Source: Raillietiella orientalis (taxonomy: Eukaryota). Taken from it: a stretch of 64,000 bases of DNA. A model generated the notes under the pieces. That model was given only the letters and a program-made list of their open reading frames with translations, did not search any database and was not told where the DNA came from. Below, piece after piece: positions 62,816 to 64,000 of the stretch. Where the stretch lies: NCBI GenBank assembly GCA_036172245.1, contig JAYWIR010000015.1:3348001-3412000 (forward strand), read 5' to 3'. Every line of letters starts with the position of its first letter. The stretch's first letter is position 1. Position numbers and translations under genes: made by a program.

Positions 62816-64000
62816 GCCGACGCATGAACGTGGAGGAAGCCAGTCTCAGGTGCTGGTGTTAGATCCTTCCATTCTATTTCCATGGTTGTAGTGGATGCAG
62901 GTGGGAAAGAAGAGGGAAGACCTACAAGTTGTAATTGTAAGGATAGTATCGTACGGTTTTTAAGAGCAAATACGAAAAATGCAATCCGGCAGTGCCTGCG
63001 GTGTATCTGTGAACGATTTTGCAGGTCCATGGATTTCTTATGAACCCTGAGGTTTCCCGTAACGTAATGACGTAATTTTTGCTAATGGTGGTACCCCTTT
63101 GTGATAATGCTACTGCTGTTATCGTAACGACGCTCCGAATCATGATTAGCATGTCACTATGACGCCACTGATTCTTACTTCCTTTTTTCCATCGGCATCA
63201 TCAAATGAGAAACGTCACCGCTAAAAATATTATCGCCGACGCTGCTTTAATTACTATTCAGGCTGTTTGCTCTATATATCATTTGTTGTTTCTGTGTCCA
63301 GTGACGTCTCTGTTGATGATTATTTACACTGTTGCTTCACCGTTCAGGAGACAATCATGATGACTCTCGCCGCTTCGTCGAAGAGATGTTATGGAATGAA
63401 CGGAGGCTTCTGTGGATGCGTTCTGTAAAGCATGGAGCTGCTACGTGTGAATGCATGCACTGCGCCTCGATCATTTCTTAGAAAGAAGCCGGGCTCTGGG
63501 AACAAGGAAGCACGAAACTAAGACTTCAGGCTGCTGGGGCGGAGGAACCCATCTGCAGACCAGCCCGCCCTCGCGAAGAAGTGCCCGGCAGCCGTTTTCC
63601 CCGTGGGGAACGAAAGGCCAGCTGCCAGGGCAAGCAAATCTTCATTAAGGTATTTCTCTTTCGTTAAAGGCATCATCTAGGATTCTGCAAGTGGAGATGT
63701 GAAGCAAGAGAGTTCGAAGAAAAATCGTGCTGTTGATCAGAATACAAAAAGGATCGAAATGGAAAGCGAGCTGCTGGACTCCTTGCAAATCCTAGTCTCC
63801 AAAGCAGAAAGATCCTGAGATTGGATGCGAAGGAAGCGCTTACTAGGTGGTCAAGTAGGGATGGTCGCAAGACAGACACCAAGCATAGGTCATGGGGGCT
63901 TGAAAAGAAAAGGCCAGATAGACTTTGCTTGACGAGCTCCGCGGTTGTGCAACCAATGGTCCAGATAAACCACCATTTGTGAACTCTTGTAGCCACTTTC

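Noticed and set aside
63050..63350. AT-richer low-complexity stretch with a weak 3-nt rhythm
   Set aside because: No recognisable product or defined repeat unit; probably eroded simple sequence.
28639..63459. TGCATGCA octamer at 28639, 30545, 35540, 39290 and 63452 (apicomplexan ApiAP2-type site or plant RY element)
   Set aside because: Only a handful of copies and no associated gene. At least two fall in Ala-Cys codons of PPR-like relics (28639, 35540), so there is no support for a regulatory role or apicomplexan origin.
1..64000. Prokaryotic or phage systems (CRISPR arrays, operons), rRNA, tRNA, telomere arrays
   Set aside because: No regularly spaced repeats, dense ORF tiling, conserved rRNA/tRNA segments or telomeric arrays were seen.

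Overview
Eukaryotic DNA of roughly mid-40s % GC (estimated by eye). I found no intact protein-coding gene, RNA gene, CRISPR array or intact transposon ORF; the longest ORF is 233 aa and none reads as a clean protein. Six-frame reading instead shows dozens of short, frameshifted, stop-riddled and often internally shortened fragments resembling PLS-class pentatricopeptide-repeat (PPR) proteins, the land-plant organellar RNA-editing factors. They include P, L, S, L2/S2 and E motifs and at least one probable DYW C-terminus. They occur from about 1.7 kb to 63 kb and switch strand every few hundred to about 1,500 bp. My best interpretation is a dense 'graveyard' of decayed PPR genes in a land-plant nuclear genome with an expanded PLS-PPR family. 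The motif style is reminiscent of Selaginella, but ferns and hornworts are not excluded. Younger structures lie on top: a perfect 21-bp-arm palindrome (46758-46801), a 122-bp ~95% identical direct repeat 7,019 bp apart, many 14-24 nt mononucleotide runs and a few microsatellites. All PPR calls are by-eye motif matches with approximate boundaries and need profile-HMM confirmation.
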